From Bacteroidales bacterium (GTDB lineage: Bacteria > Bacteroidota > Bacteroidia > Bacteroidales > UBA3824): a stretch of DNA of 64,000 bases. The translations under genes and the position numbers were made by a program. Location: NCBI GenBank assembly GCA_024413595.1, contig JAKSUC010000004.1:10555-74554 (forward strand), in the 5' to 3' direction. Below the pieces are notes generated by a model, which did not search any database, was not told the origin of the DNA, and saw only the letters and a program-made list of their open reading frames with translations. Below, piece by piece: positions 38,491 through 49,607 of the stretch. How positions within the stretch are numbered: position 1 is the stretch's first letter; each line of letters opens with the position of its first letter.

Positions 38491-38837
38491 TATTTTTCTT
38501 TTATTATAAATATATCTTCGTTATCTGCTTTCATTAAATATTGTTCTCGTGCAAATTTTGTTAAATTATTGTTGTTGGTTTTTAATTCATGAAGTTTTAT
38601 TGAGTCTTCGTATATTTTGTTTTGATAATATTCTACTTCGGCTTTTAAATTTTTTGTTTTGATGTATTCTTTTGTACGATTTATTATGTTATATTCGTCA
38701 AAAAATAATGTAAAAATTATTATTCCTATAAAGATTGTTATATAAGGGTGTCCTGTTATAAATTTAAAAAATTTATAGATTTTCTTATCTTGATTTTTTT
38801 CTAAAAAATCTTTTATTATAATTTTTATTCTTCTCAT
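38490..38837 (-). CDS. FtsB/DivIC-type septum formation initiator family protein
   Basis: 115 aa. Single TM, then coiled coil, then C-terminal FAREQYLMKADNEDIFI motif. Confidence 0.7.
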   Translation of the reverse strand: MRRIKIIIKDFLEKNQDKKIYKFFKFITGHPYITIFIGIIIFTLFFDEYNIINRTKEYIKTKNLKAEVEYYQNKIYEDSIKLHELKTNNNNLTKFAREQYLMKADNEDIFIIKEK

Positions 38838-38914
38838 AGTACGTTTTTCTGTGGATATATTTTAGTAATAATGTTTTTTATTTATTACAAAATTAATAAA
38901 CAATTTTTGAATTT

Positions 38915-41260
38915 TTATTTTTTTGAGAATAATTTTTTTAAAAAATTTTTTTTGTGTTCACCTTCGTCATAATATCCGCCATAATATTTTCCATAATATG
39001 AATTATAATAGTGATAGCCATATCCTTTTCCATAGTGTTGTTTTATTCCATTAAATATTAGGTTTAGTTTTGGGTATCCTTCGTTTTTAAGATTTGTGAA
39101 TAGTTTTAATGCTGATTTAAATGTGTAATTTTGTCGTATTACAAAAATATATGATGAAACTATGTTTTTAAGTAATAAAGCATCTGTAACTATTCCAACA
39201 GGAGCAGAGTCAATGAATATAAAGTCATAATTTTGTTTTGCTTTATTGATAAATTCTATCATTTTTTCGCTTCCAATTAATTCTGATGGATTTGGAGGTA
39301 TTGGTCCTGGTAATACAAAATCTAAGTTTTTATATTCTGTTTTTATTATAGTTTCTTCGTATGTGGATTCTCCTATTAAATATGTGCTAATTCCTTTATT
39401 ATTAGGTAGTTTAAAATATTCTTGAATTTTTGGTTTTCTTAAATCTAGACCTATTAATAATACTTTTTTCTCGTTAGCTGCTGTTATTATGGCAGTGTTT
39501 ACGCTTGTAAATGTTTTTCCTTCTCCACTATTTGTTGATGTAAATAATATTATTTTATGTTTATTGTCTGTATCAATAAATTGTAGATTTGTTCTTAATG
39601 CTCTAAATGCTTCTGTTATTGAGCTATTTGGATATTCAACAACAGGTAAATTTGTTTTATGTCTATTATGAAAAATTGTTCCAATTGGAGTTTGTTTTGT
39701 TGTTCGTTCTATTTCTGATATATCTGTTATTTTGTTTTCTAAAAATATCATCAAAAATATGATTATTGATGGTATTGCTAATGCTATAATTATTGCTTTT
39801 GCATAGCTAAATGTTCCTAATGGAGCAATTGAATATCTTGTTATCCAAGTTGCTGCGTCAATTATTTCAGTGTCTGGCTGACTTGATGCTAATGCTATTT
39901 CGGCATCGTATCTTTTACTTAATAGATTGTTGTATAATTCGTTGTTTAAATCATATTTTTTGGTTATTTTCATTTTGTCCCATTCTATTGATGGATCAAT
40001 TTGTAATGTGCTATTTAATTGTAATATTTGAATATTGAGTTGTTTCTTTTTGATTTCTAATAAACTATCTGCTAAATTTACATAGTTAATACATTGATTT
40101 ATAATTGTTTTTGTTTCATAATCGTTTAATGAATATGGCGCAATGTTTTGTCCTTCTCTTATTGAAAATTCTAATTTGTTTTTTTCTGTTAGTTTTTCAG
40201 TTAGTTTTTCTAAAAAATTGTCTATTGTTGGTTCGTTAACATTTGCTAATGTTGGTGTTGCTATTAGTGTAAGGTCTGTTTGTTTTTCAAATTCGTTTTT
40301 AAGATATTTGTAATAGTTTTGTCGAATTATAGTTTCTTGTATTTCATTTTTTAATGTTATTATTTGTTCTTTTATTTCTGTTTCTGATGATTCTATTTTT
40401 GGTGTTATTTTTTTTTGTGCTACGTCTAAACTATCACCTAAACTTGTTAACATTGTATCAATAAATGATATAGTTTGTAGTAATATTTTATTTTTTCTTG
40501 ACAATCCATATTCTAAATATGTTAATGATAATGTGTTTAAATAATCTTCTTGTTTTTCTGGAACTTCGCCATATAGTGTTAATGTTACAATTGAGCTTCC
40601 TTGTCTTTTTTGACTTACATTTAATTTTGATGAATAAGATGCTACTAATTTGTCAAAATTGTTTTTTATAAAGTAGTAATTTTTATTTTTGGTAATTTTG
40701 GGTGTTCCTGGTGATAAATTTACTTTGAATTTTAGTTTTTCGGTTTCGATCCATTCTCCTATTTTAGATTCACATAATTTTTTTTCTTCATTTATTGAAA
40801 CAGAAAATTTGTTGTCTTCGATAAATCTAAGCCATATTTTTCCACCTTCTATTTGTGTATGTTGTGTATCATATTCTATTTCGAATGGTTTATTGGTATA
40901 TAATTCTTTATCGGCAGAATAGTTTCCTTCTTGATAATATGTTGTTTCAAAATTTAGTTTTTGTAATGTCATTCTTGCCAATGTATTGCTTTTTAGTTGA
41001 CTTATTTCGTTTTCTAAATCAACAGTTGCTATCATTGTGTTTAATCCTATGATATTTTGGGGATTATTATTGGTTTTTAGTAATAATGTTGCATTACTGC
41101 AATATTGTGGTATTACATGTTTATTTTGATAATAAGCATATATTAAGCATATTGTTAATGATATTAAATAAATATACCATTTAGGAGCAATTTTTGATAA
41201 ATATAATTTAATATCAATTGAATTGTTTTGTTCGTTATTTTGATTTGGAATTTCTGCCAT
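38915..41260 (-). CDS. Polysaccharide co-polymerase / tyrosine autokinase (Wzc/GumC-like)
   Basis: 781 aa. Wzz-type N-terminus with 2 TM. Walker A STNSGEGKTF. Tyr-rich tail YGKGYGYHYYNSYYGKYYGGYY. Confidence 0.85.
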   Translation of the reverse strand: MAEIPNQNNEQNNSIDIKLYLSKIAPKWYIYLISLTICLIYAYYQNKHVIPQYCSNATLLLKTNNNPQNIIGLNTMIATVDLENEISQLKSNTLARMTLQKLNFETTYYQEGNYSADKELYTNKPFEIEYDTQHTQIEGGKIWLRFIEDNKFSVSINEEKKLCESKIGEWIETEKLKFKVNLSPGTPKITKNKNYYFIKNNFDKLVASYSSKLNVSQKRQGSSIVTLTLYGEVPEKQEDYLNTLSLTYLEYGLSRKNKILLQTISFIDTMLTSLGDSLDVAQKKITPKIESSETEIKEQIITLKNEIQETIIRQNYYKYLKNEFEKQTDLTLIATPTLANVNEPTIDNFLEKLTEKLTEKNKLEFSIREGQNIAPYSLNDYETKTIINQCINYVNLADSLLEIKKKQLNIQILQLNSTLQIDPSIEWDKMKITKKYDLNNELYNNLLSKRYDAEIALASSQPDTEIIDAATWITRYSIAPLGTFSYAKAIIIALAIPSIIIFLMIFLENKITDISEIERTTKQTPIGTIFHNRHKTNLPVVEYPNSSITEAFRALRTNLQFIDTDNKHKIILFTSTNSGEGKTFTSVNTAIITAANEKKVLLIGLDLRKPKIQEYFKLPNNKGISTYLIGESTYEETIIKTEYKNLDFVLPGPIPPNPSELIGSEKMIEFINKAKQNYDFIFIDSAPVGIVTDALLLKNIVSSYIFVIRQNYTFKSALKLFTNLKNEGYPKLNLIFNGIKQHYGKGYGYHYYNSYYGKYYGGYYDEGEHKKNFLKKLFSKK

Positions 41261-41261
41261 T

Positions 41262-42011
41262 TTATTTTAGTCTTGATATTAAATAATAGGTAGTTAATGC
41301 AGAACTTACTATGCTTAAAACTGTTGAATAATTTTTTAAACCATTAGTAAATGCTGTAAATCTTTTAGGTTCGATGTATACAATATCGTTTGGTTGTAGA
41401 TAAAATTGTGATGCTTCTAATATTTTTCGATCAGTAACATCAATTCTATATATATTGTGTCCAGTTTGTGTTTTACGAATAATCATAATTTTTTTACGTT
41501 TTGATTCGTATGAAACACCTCCTGTTTGTGCAATAGCTTCTAGTATGTTGACTTCAGTTTTTGTGAAGTTTACTTTTGTATTTTGAGATGCTCCTATAAA
41601 ATAGACGTCAAAATTGAGCATTTCTGTTGTTACTACTGCGTCAATTAGTTTATTATCTGCTAAATTTTGAATATTATTACGTATTTCGTCTATTGTAAAT
41701 CCTGCGGCTTTTATTGTTCCAAATATTGGTAATAAAACATATCCAGTATCATTAACAATAAATCCGTTTTTTTTATCTGTTTCTGTATTATTTGATTGTT
41801 GATTTTTGAATAATTCATTGATTTCTTTATTTGTAGAAATCAAATTTATGGCAATAATATCACCTTTTTTTATTTTATATTTTTCTGTTGTGTCGGTATA
41901 TTCATGAGGTAATGGAGTTTCGTCGTCAACTATGTATCTAATATTTCTATAGCATGACGTACAATTAAATAATATTGTAATTAGTATTATGGTTTTTAAA
42001 ATATTTTTCAT
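41262..42011 (-). CDS. Polysaccharide export outer-membrane protein (Wza-like, Poly_export plus SLBB)
   Basis: Lipobox LFNCTSC. KIKKGDIIAI...VNDTGYVLLPIFGTIKAAGFTIDE is a Poly_export motif. C-terminal TM helix. Confidence 0.8.
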   Translation of the reverse strand: MKNILKTIILITILFNCTSCYRNIRYIVDDETPLPHEYTDTTEKYKIKKGDIIAINLISTNKEINELFKNQQSNNTETDKKNGFIVNDTGYVLLPIFGTIKAAGFTIDEIRNNIQNLADNKLIDAVVTTEMLNFDVYFIGASQNTKVNFTKTEVNILEAIAQTGGVSYESKRKKIMIIRKTQTGHNIYRIDVTDRKILEASQFYLQPNDIVYIEPKRFTAFTNGLKNYSTVLSIVSSALTTYYLISRLK

Positions 42012-42017
42012 AATTTA

Positions 42018-43196
42018 TTATTTGTTTTTATTACGTTTTTTGAGTGTCCACCAACTTTTTAAACCTATTATAATCCATCCAATTATAGGCAAATACATTG
42101 CCAATATTATAGGTCGTTTAATTATTGTTTTTAAGCAATTAAAAATCGAAAATTTGATTTCACCTTTGCCATTATTTTCTTTATAATTTTCGTCAAAATA
42201 TGTCATTGTTAAAGGCCAAAATGCAGGGAAATATCTAAAAAAATGCTTTTTGTTTTTCCACATACTTTTTATTAACCCTTTTATATCGTAATATTTTTTG
42301 CCATATTTTTCAGTTGCTTCGTTTAACTTTTGTTGCATTATAACTCGAAGTTTTTCGCCTAAAATTTTAAGATCTTTTTGGGTTAAATCTTCGTATGGTT
42401 TGTCGATTAGTTCATAAACTTTTATTCTTTCGCCCAAAACAAAGGTTAATTGTGATGGCAACGAAACATAAAATATCCATGGTTGAAATAATGCTAAAAA
42501 TATTATTGGTCCAAATGGAAAAAATGGAAGTCCTATTTTTTTGCAAATTTTTGTTAATGGTTTTATATTATAAGCCAATGGGTTATTAAATTCTCCATTT
42601 ATGGTATAAAATGGAATAATATCAGTTTTGTATCTGATACTCATTCTTAAAAATGATGTTTTAAAAGGTTGAAATTGATATTTTTTATCAAATCCTTTTC
42701 CAATTCCTTCAATTCCTTCGGGAAAAATTAGAATGTTGGTTTGATTCAATTTCATTCCTGTTTCAAAATTTAGAAATGTTGCATTTATACAACCAGCTTT
42801 CCACCAAAGTCCATCTATCATAAATGGACACATATATGGATATTTTGTTAGCATTGGAGATATTAATGCTCGTACACTATCAATAGAACCTTGTTGTTTT
42901 TCTAAACTTTGACTTATAAATGCAATTGCGTCCCATGGAAATGCCATTCCTGAATGATTGGTGGCAAATATTAATGGTGAATTTTGATTGTTTCTTGTGG
43001 GATAATTTTCAAATCCTACAAATTTTGCCCTAAACCAAACGTCTCTTATTGGTCCTAAGATTGTTTTGCAAAATAATTCTGAATAAGACAAATTAAATTT
43101 ACATGTATAATTTTCTCTGTTTTTTTCAATTTCTTCGTCTGTTAACAGAAACCTATTTTTGTATGTTGCCTTTTGTTCGGTTATTTGGGTTTGCAT
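42018..43196 (-). CDS. Lysophospholipid/glycerol acyltransferase family protein with C-terminal membrane anchor
   Basis: FATNHSGMAFPWD and LIFPEGIEG resemble PlsC-family blocks I and III. C-terminal TM segment. Confidence 0.5.
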   Translation of the reverse strand: MQTQITEQKATYKNRFLLTDEEIEKNRENYTCKFNLSYSELFCKTILGPIRDVWFRAKFVGFENYPTRNNQNSPLIFATNHSGMAFPWDAIAFISQSLEKQQGSIDSVRALISPMLTKYPYMCPFMIDGLWWKAGCINATFLNFETGMKLNQTNILIFPEGIEGIGKGFDKKYQFQPFKTSFLRMSIRYKTDIIPFYTINGEFNNPLAYNIKPLTKICKKIGLPFFPFGPIIFLALFQPWIFYVSLPSQLTFVLGERIKVYELIDKPYEDLTQKDLKILGEKLRVIMQQKLNEATEKYGKKYYDIKGLIKSMWKNKKHFFRYFPAFWPLTMTYFDENYKENNGKGEIKFSIFNCLKTIIKRPIILAMYLPIIGWIIIGLKSWWTLKKRNKNK

Positions 43197-43312
43197 TATT
43201 TGTTATTAATATTTCTTCCTTGTTTTTTGTTGCAAAATTATCAATTTAGAATAAAAAACAAGTTTTAAAATATATCTTTCAGATAAAATATATGTAATAA
43301 TCTATTTTTTAA

Positions 43313-45367
43313 TTATATAGTAAAACCAAAAATTGTAATATCATCGGTACGTTCGTTTTGTATACACCATTCATCATAAAAAGCTTTTAATTGGCGTTTT
43401 TGTTCTTGCATTGGATATACACTAATTTTTAATAATTGCTTTTTAAAATTTACTGTTGATATTTTTCGATTGTATGGTCCTCCAATTTGTTCTGTGCAAC
43501 CATCTGTATATAAATATAATATATCGGTTTGTCTTAATGGTATTTCTTGACACGAAAATTTAAAATTTTCGGGTAGTTTGCCTATTGATACACTATCTCC
43601 AAAATATTCATTTGTATCTCCATCTCTAATAATTATTACTGAGCGTCGTGCACTTGAAAAATATGCTATTTTTTCTTTGAAATCATATATTAATATGGAT
43701 ATATATATTTCTTCGTTTGAACTTTCTTTTTCTTTTATTTTTTCGTCTTTGGTTCTATTTTCAATAAATGATTTTAATTTTTCTGATAATTCATCTAAAA
43801 TTTTATTTGGTAATATTTTATCGTTTCCTTTTGTTGTTAATATTTTGTCTAAGATATACATTGTCATACTTGATAATATAGCTCCGGGTGCTTCTTGGGT
43901 ATTACAATCTCCGATACCTACTATTAAGTAATTTTCGTTTCGTTTCGAAAAATAAAAATCTCCGCTTACGTGTCCTTTGGGTAAATTTAGGGTAAAAAAG
44001 TCTTTGAATATGTATTTTGTTGGCAATAGTGAAACCATTATTGCATTTTTTAATATTTCTGCTTTATCCATACTATTTACAAGCATTGTGTTGCTTGATT
44101 GTAGTTGCTTATTATTATAAGTCATTTGATGATAAAGGTTTTCTAATTCTGATTTATGCAATTCTAATGATTTGGCTTGTTCTTCAATTTGTGATTTTTG
44201 AATAAGAATTTTGGTGTTTTTAAGTTCCATTTCTTTGTTTCTGTCTGATAATTGAAGATTTAAGACATTTACATTATTCATTTGAATGCCTATTTCCTTT
44301 TTTTGTTGTTGTAATTCTTGATTTTGTTTTTCCATTTCGGCTTTTTGACCCGATATTTCTTGGTTTAGTTCTTTTAATTTATTTTGTTGGGTAAAAAAAT
44401 CGTCGATATAGTTAGATATTAGTCCAAATTCTGTTTTATTTTTTTTCATGGAAATTATGTTGTCTGAATTTCCTTCTTGAAAAGCGTGTGCTATTTTTTT
44501 CAAAGGTCGAGTTACTCTTAATCTAAAATATAATGCAACTAATAAAAATATTAATATGCAAAATCCTGATATATAGAAAAATACAGGTTTGTAATCTTTA
44601 AATATTTTTTCTATTTCGTTTTCTGATATAAAACAAATGTATGATGTAGGATTTCCATATAGATTATTCAATGTTATATAAGTTATTATTTGATTTTTGT
44701 TTTGTTCATTGTTTGTTTTTTCCATGTTTTCTATAATAGAAAAATCAAATACTAAACTTGTTTTTGAATTTTCTATTGATTTTCCATATTCATTTAATAA
44801 TGAGTCGTTTATTTGACGAACCATCATTAAATATCCAACTTCTTTTTCTTTTCTTTCTATTATGTCTTTAGAACTTACAATTCCTGCGCAGAAATATTCA
44901 AATACATTTGCTTCTTCATCTGAATAATAATAATTTAAAAAACCATTTTCTTTAAAATATTGTGGAAGTTCACCTTTTATAAATGTATAAAATTTTTTAT
45001 CACTAAATAAATCGCAATTTCTTTCATATTGTATTTTGCCTTCTTCATTTATAACGGCTACGTATGTAGCATTGTATGATTCTAGCATGTTTCCGATATT
45101 TTCATAATACCAATCTTCATCTTTTTCTTTGTATGTTTCTTGTAATTCGTCCCAAGCTGAATTTTCATTTATTACTTTTATAAATGTTTCTTTACTATTT
45201 TGTATTACTTGGTTTACCAATAATTCACGTTGTTCTTTGGTTTTGGTTATAATTTTATTTTGATTTTCTGTATAGCTATAATAGTATAATAACAAACATG
45301 TTATTAATAATATAGTTCCTATAAATGTGATAAATATTACTCCTGTTTGTACTGATCTATATCTCAT
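43313..45367 (-). CDS. Membrane sensor: extracytoplasmic domain, HAMP-like, coiled coil, PP2C/SpoIIE phosphatase (variant metal-site motif)
   Basis: 684 aa with two TMs flanking a ~240-aa loop. Long Q/E/K coiled coil. C-terminal SGDFYF...GDCNTQEAPGAIL...YTDGCTEQ...DDITIFG. Confidence 0.75.
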   Translation of the reverse strand: MRYRSVQTGVIFITFIGTILLITCLLLYYYSYTENQNKIITKTKEQRELLVNQVIQNSKETFIKVINENSAWDELQETYKEKDEDWYYENIGNMLESYNATYVAVINEEGKIQYERNCDLFSDKKFYTFIKGELPQYFKENGFLNYYYSDEEANVFEYFCAGIVSSKDIIERKEKEVGYLMMVRQINDSLLNEYGKSIENSKTSLVFDFSIIENMEKTNNEQNKNQIITYITLNNLYGNPTSYICFISENEIEKIFKDYKPVFFYISGFCILIFLLVALYFRLRVTRPLKKIAHAFQEGNSDNIISMKKNKTEFGLISNYIDDFFTQQNKLKELNQEISGQKAEMEKQNQELQQQKKEIGIQMNNVNVLNLQLSDRNKEMELKNTKILIQKSQIEEQAKSLELHKSELENLYHQMTYNNKQLQSSNTMLVNSMDKAEILKNAIMVSLLPTKYIFKDFFTLNLPKGHVSGDFYFSKRNENYLIVGIGDCNTQEAPGAILSSMTMYILDKILTTKGNDKILPNKILDELSEKLKSFIENRTKDEKIKEKESSNEEIYISILIYDFKEKIAYFSSARRSVIIIRDGDTNEYFGDSVSIGKLPENFKFSCQEIPLRQTDILYLYTDGCTEQIGGPYNRKISTVNFKKQLLKISVYPMQEQKRQLKAFYDEWCIQNERTDDITIFGFTI

Positions 45368-45526
45368 TTTATTATTTTTGGATTTTTAATCAACAAATAT
45401 AATAATTTTTTGGCTTTATTATAGATACTTTTATGATTTTTTATTAAAAAAAAATTTTGATAAAAAAATTTATTTAATAAATGACTTCATTTTTTATAAA
45501 AGTCGAAATATTTTCAAAAAAAAATA

Positions 45527-45534
45527 TACCTTTG
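45527..45534 (+). promoter_or_regulatory. Candidate -7 promoter box TACCTTTG (TAnnTTTG) for secA
   Basis: Exact consensus match 73 nt upstream of the secA ATG. Confidence 0.35.
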
Positions 45535-45606
45535 TATCGAACTAAATGTGCTTTTTGGCACTTTTTTATTCTTATTAATTTGATAAACATAAAATTAGAT
45601 AAATAA

Positions 45607-48600
45607 ATGAGTATATTAACAGGTTTCCTAAAAAAATTTTTTGGAGACAAATCGAGCAAAGACATCAAAAAATTGCTTCCTATTTTAGAGCAAATAAAAA
45701 TTGAGTATGCAAAATTACAAGATTTCTCAAACGACCAATTAAGAGAAGAAACTACAAAATTACGTACTCAAATTGCTCAAGCAATAGAAGCTGAAAATAC
45801 TAAATTAAATTCTTACAAAAAAGAACTTGAAAGTCCTGAACCTTTAACAGTTAAACGTCAAGAAGAATTATATGATAATATCGATGATTCTGAAAAGAAA
45901 ATTGACGATATTATTAAAAGTCAACTTGATGAAATTCTTCCAAAAGCTTTTGCTATAATTAAAGATACAGCAAGAAGATTTAAAGAAAACGAAACCATCG
46001 AAGTTACTGCAACTCAAATGGATCGTGATCTTGCTGCTTTTAATGAATTTATCACTATTGATGGTGACAAAGCTATTTATCAAAATCAATGGTTAGCTGG
46101 TGGAAATATCTTAAAATGGGATATGGTTCACTACGACGTTCAATTATTAGGTGGTATTGTTCTTCATCAAGGAAAAATTGCTGAAATGGCTACTGGTGAA
46201 GGTAAAACTTTGGTGGCAACTCTTCCTGTTTTCTTAAATGCACTTACTGGTAGAGGTGTTCATGTGGTTACTGTTAATGATTATTTGGCTAAACGTGATA
46301 GCGAATGGATGGGGATGCTTTATCAATTTCATGGTTTAACTGTTGATTGTATTGATAAACATCAACCTAACACTCTTGAACGTAGAAAAGCTTATGAATG
46401 CGATATTACTTTTGGAACTAATAACGAATTTGGTTTTGATTATCTTCGTGATAATATGGCCATTACTCCTAACGAATTAGTTCAACGTAAACATATTTAT
46501 GCTATTGTCGATGAGGTTGACTCTGTTCTTATCGATGATGCTCGTACACCTTTAATTATTAGTGGTCCTGTTCCTAAGGCTGGCGACGATATGAAACTTT
46601 TTATGGATCTTAAACCTAAAGTTGTGCTTTTGGTTCAACATCAAAAAGAATTAGTTAATCGTTTGCTCAATGATGCTAAAAAATTAATTGCTGCTGGTGA
46701 TTTAGAAAAAGGTGGTGTTTCTTTATTAAAAGCATGGAAAGGTCTTCCAAAAAATAATGCTATTATTAAATTCTTGAGCGAAGAAGGTAATAAAGTTCTT
46801 TTACAAAAAACTGAAGGTATTTACATGGCAGAAAATAATAAACGTATGCCTGAAATTACCGATGAACTTTATTTCGTTATTGAAGAAAAATTAAATTCTG
46901 TTGACCTTACAGAAAAAGGTATTGATTTGATTTCGCAAAATGCTGACGATCCAACATTTTTTGTTTTGCCTGATGTGGGTACTGAAGTGGCTGAAATCGA
47001 AAATTCAAATCTTACTGACGATGAAAAATTAGCTAAAAAAGATGTTCTTTTGTCAGATTATGCTATTAAATCTGAACGTGTTCATACTATTAATCAGTTA
47101 TTAAAAGCATATACAATGTTTGAACGCGACCAAGAATATGTTGTTATCGACAATAAAGTTAAAATTGTTGACGAACAAACGGGTCGTATTATGGAAGGTC
47201 GTCGTTATAGTGATGGACTTCATCAAGCTATTGAAGCAAAAGAAAATGTTAAAGTTGAAGCTGCTACTCAAACTTTTGCAACTATTACATTACAGAACTA
47301 TTTCCGTATGTACAAAAAAATTGCAGGTATGACTGGTACCGCTGAAACTGAAGCAGGTGAATTTTGGGACATTTATAAACTAGACGTTTGTTCTATCCCT
47401 ACAAACGTACCTACAAAACGTTACGATCAAGAAGATTTAGTTTATAAAACTAAACGTGAAAAATATAAAGCTGTTATTGATGAAGTTAAACGTCTTCACG
47501 AATCAGGACGTCCTGTTTTGGTGGGTACAACTTCTGTTGAAGTTTCAGAACTTTTAAGCAAAATGTTGAGTTACGAAAAACTTGAACACAACGTTTTAAA
47601 TGCAAAACAACATGCTCGTGAAGCTGAAATCGTAGCTGTTGCTGGTCAAAAAGGAACAATCACTATTGCTACTAATATGGCTGGTCGTGGTACTGATATC
47701 AAATTAAGTTCTGAAGTTCGCGAAGCTGGTGGTTTAGCTATTATCGGTACTGAACGCCATGAGTCTCGTCGTGTTGACCGCCAGTTGCGTGGTCGTAGTG
47801 GACGTCAAGGTGATCCTGGCTCTTCTCAATTCTTTGTTTCGCTCGAAGATAATTTGATGAGACTTTTTGGTAGTGAAAAAATTGCCGCTTTAATGGATAA
47901 AATGGGAATTCAAGAAGGTGAAGTTATTCAACACTCTCTTGTTACTAGATCTATTGAACGTGCTCAACGTAAAGTCGAAGAAAATAACTTTGGTATTCGT
48001 AAACGTCTTCTTGAATATGATGATGTTATGAACAAACAACGTGAAGCTATTTACAAACAACGTCGTAGCGCTTTGTTTGGTGATGGTTTAGATATTGTTA
48101 TTAATAATATGCTTAACGATGCTTGTGAAACCATTGTTAATAAATATCGTGAGTCTGATTATCTATCATTCTGTTTCGAAATTTCTAAATCTCTCGGTAT
48201 GCAATCGCCTATTACCGAAGATGAATTTATTAAACTTTCTAACGATAAAATTGCTGATAAACTTTTTGATACTGCTTATAACAATATGGCTACTAAAATG
48301 AAACTTTTACGAGATCAAGCAGCTCCTGTTATTAAGCAAGTTTATGAAAACAATAATGGTAGATATGAATATATAGTTGTGCCTATTTCTGATGGTAAAC
48401 GTGTTTTCCAAATTAGAGTTAATCTTCAAAAAGCTTACGAATCTAATTGTCGTGAAATTACCAAAGCTTTTGAAAAAATTGTAATGCTTGTTACTATTGA
48501 CGAAAATTGGAAAGAAAATCTTCGTGACCTTGATGATTTAAAGAAATCTGTTCAAAATGTAAGTTATGAACAAAAAGATCCTCTTGTAATTTTCAAAATT

Positions 48601-48927
48601 GAATCTGACAATTTATTTACCGAGATGGAAAATAAAAACAATAGATCTGTTATTTCAACTATAATGAAAGGTCATATTCATGTTCCAAATCCAGAAAATA
48701 TACAACGTGCTCCAGAACCTTCACAAAAACCTCAAAATAGAAATTTACAAGCAACTAAAGAAGAGGCTACATCAAGTATCAGTGATAAACCTGCTCCTCA
48801 ACAACGTCCTCAACAAAAAGTTCAACCTGTTAGAGTGGAAAAGAAAGTGGGACGTAACGATCCTTGTCCTTGTGGAAGTGGTAAAAAGTTTAAAAATTGT
48901 CACGGAAAGAATTTGAACCTAGATTAA
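45607..48927 (+). CDS. secA: Preprotein translocase ATPase SecA
   Basis: [14 protein letters not shown] (Walker A), [30 protein letters not shown]-terminal zinc site [14 protein letters not shown]. Confidence 0.97.
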   Translation: MSILTGFLKKFFGDKSSKDIKKLLPILEQIKIEYAKLQDFSNDQLREETTKLRTQIAQAIEAENTKLNSYKKELESPEPLTVKRQEELYDNIDDSEKKIDDIIKSQLDEILPKAFAIIKDTARRFKENETIEVTATQMDRDLAAFNEFITIDGDKAIYQNQWLAGGNILKWDMVHYDVQLLGGIVLHQGKIAEMATGEGKTLVATLPVFLNALTGRGVHVVTVNDYLAKRDSEWMGMLYQFHGLTVDCIDKHQPNTLERRKAYECDITFGTNNEFGFDYLRDNMAITPNELVQRKHIYAIVDEVDSVLIDDARTPLIISGPVPKAGDDMKLFMDLKPKVVLLVQHQKELVNRLLNDAKKLIAAGDLEKGGVSLLKAWKGLPKNNAIIKFLSEEGNKVLLQKTEGIYMAENNKRMPEITDELYFVIEEKLNSVDLTEKGIDLISQNADDPTFFVLPDVGTEVAEIENSNLTDDEKLAKKDVLLSDYAIKSERVHTINQLLKAYTMFERDQEYVVIDNKVKIVDEQTGRIMEGRRYSDGLHQAIEAKENVKVEAATQTFATITLQNYFRMYKKIAGMTGTAETEAGEFWDIYKLDVCSIPTNVPTKRYDQEDLVYKTKREKYKAVIDEVKRLHESGRPVLVGTTSVEVSELLSKMLSYEKLEHNVLNAKQHAREAEIVAVAGQKGTITIATNMAGRGTDIKLSSEVREAGGLAIIGTERHESRRVDRQLRGRSGRQGDPGSSQFFVSLEDNLMRLFGSEKIAALMDKMGIQEGEVIQHSLVTRSIERAQRKVEENNFGIRKRLLEYDDVMNKQREAIYKQRRSALFGDGLDIVINNMLNDACETIVNKYRESDYLSFCFEISKSLGMQSPITEDEFIKLSNDKIADKLFDTAYNNMATKMKLLRDQAAPVIKQVYENNNGRYEYIVVPISDGKRVFQIRVNLQKAYESNCREITKAFEKIVMLVTIDENWKENLRDLDDLKKSVQNVSYEQKDPLVIFKIESDNLFTEMENKNNRSVISTIMKGHIHVPNPENIQRAPEPSQKPQNRNLQATKEEATSSISDKPAPQQRPQQKVQPVRVEKKVGRNDPCPCGSGKKFKNCHGKNLNLD

Positions 48928-48939
48928 TTTTTTGTATAT

Positions 48940-48984
48940 TTAGGCAGATTTTTAAATCATTTTAAAAGTCTGCCTAATTTTTAA
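48940..48984 (+). terminator. Terminator-like hairpin after secA
   Basis: TTAGGCAGA...TCTGCCTAA 9-bp stem with a ~20-nt loop and a T-rich tail. Confidence 0.55.
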
Positions 48985-48989
48985 TTTTT

Positions 48990-49544
48990 ATGATTATGAA
49001 AATTTTTAGAAATTATCTTGTAGCTTTAGGTGTTATGATTTTTGCTTTGAATGCTTGTAATTCTATTCCTATCATTCAAGAACAAAATGTTGGACCTTAT
49101 TTTACGGTTTGTGTTGAATCATATGCTCCTTATCGTCAAACTTTTAATATTATTGATTCTTTAAAAAACGAACTCAAAAAAATTGATGTTGAAACAGAAT
49201 CTGACTTCGCTATTTTTTATGAAAGAAATGTTAAAACTGAATTAAAATTTCATAGCATTGTTGGATGTATTTTGAATTCTGATGCTTTTGCTGATTCTTC
49301 TTTAATTATTCGTCTTAAACGTAATAATTTTATGACTCGTGAAATTGGTGAAACTAAATGTATGGTTATTGAAGTGCCTTTTCAAGATTTTAATACTGAA
49401 TTAAGAAGAAATGTGGGCGATAAATTTGACCAATACATTAAAGATAACAATTATTTACCTATTCCTAATGGCGAAAATGGTATTACTGAAATTTATAAAA
49501 ATGGTAATATCAAATTTGCTGCTGAAATTAAACCTAGTAAATAA
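48990..49544 (+). CDS. Hypothetical lipoprotein
   Basis: MKIFRNYLVALGVMIFALNAC signal plus lipobox. No other motif recognised. Confidence 0.55.
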   Translation: MIMKIFRNYLVALGVMIFALNACNSIPIIQEQNVGPYFTVCVESYAPYRQTFNIIDSLKNELKKIDVETESDFAIFYERNVKTELKFHSIVGCILNSDAFADSSLIIRLKRNNFMTREIGETKCMVIEVPFQDFNTELRRNVGDKFDQYIKDNNYLPIPNGENGITEIYKNGNIKFAAEIKPSK

Positions 49545-49563
49545 TAATTAATTTGAATTTTAT

Positions 49564-49590
49564 AAAACCGCATTTTTTTGCGGTTTTTTT
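49564..49590 (+). terminator. Rho-independent terminator
   Basis: AAAACCGCA-TTTTTT-TGCGGTTTT followed by a T-run. Confidence 0.8.
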
Positions 49591-49607
49591 ATATATAATT
49601 TATTTAT

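Noticed and set aside
45368-45606. Divergent AT-rich spacer between the PP2C sensor and secA as an alternative replication origin
   Set aside because: Gene orientation diverges here, but I found no repeated 9-15-mers or DnaA-box-like motifs. It is more simply explained as two promoters, with a TACCTTTG -7 box for secA.
45474-45668. Minus-strand 64-aa ORF overlapping the secA start
   Set aside because: It overlaps the secA promoter and first codons, has no motif, and is an AT-rich chance ORF.
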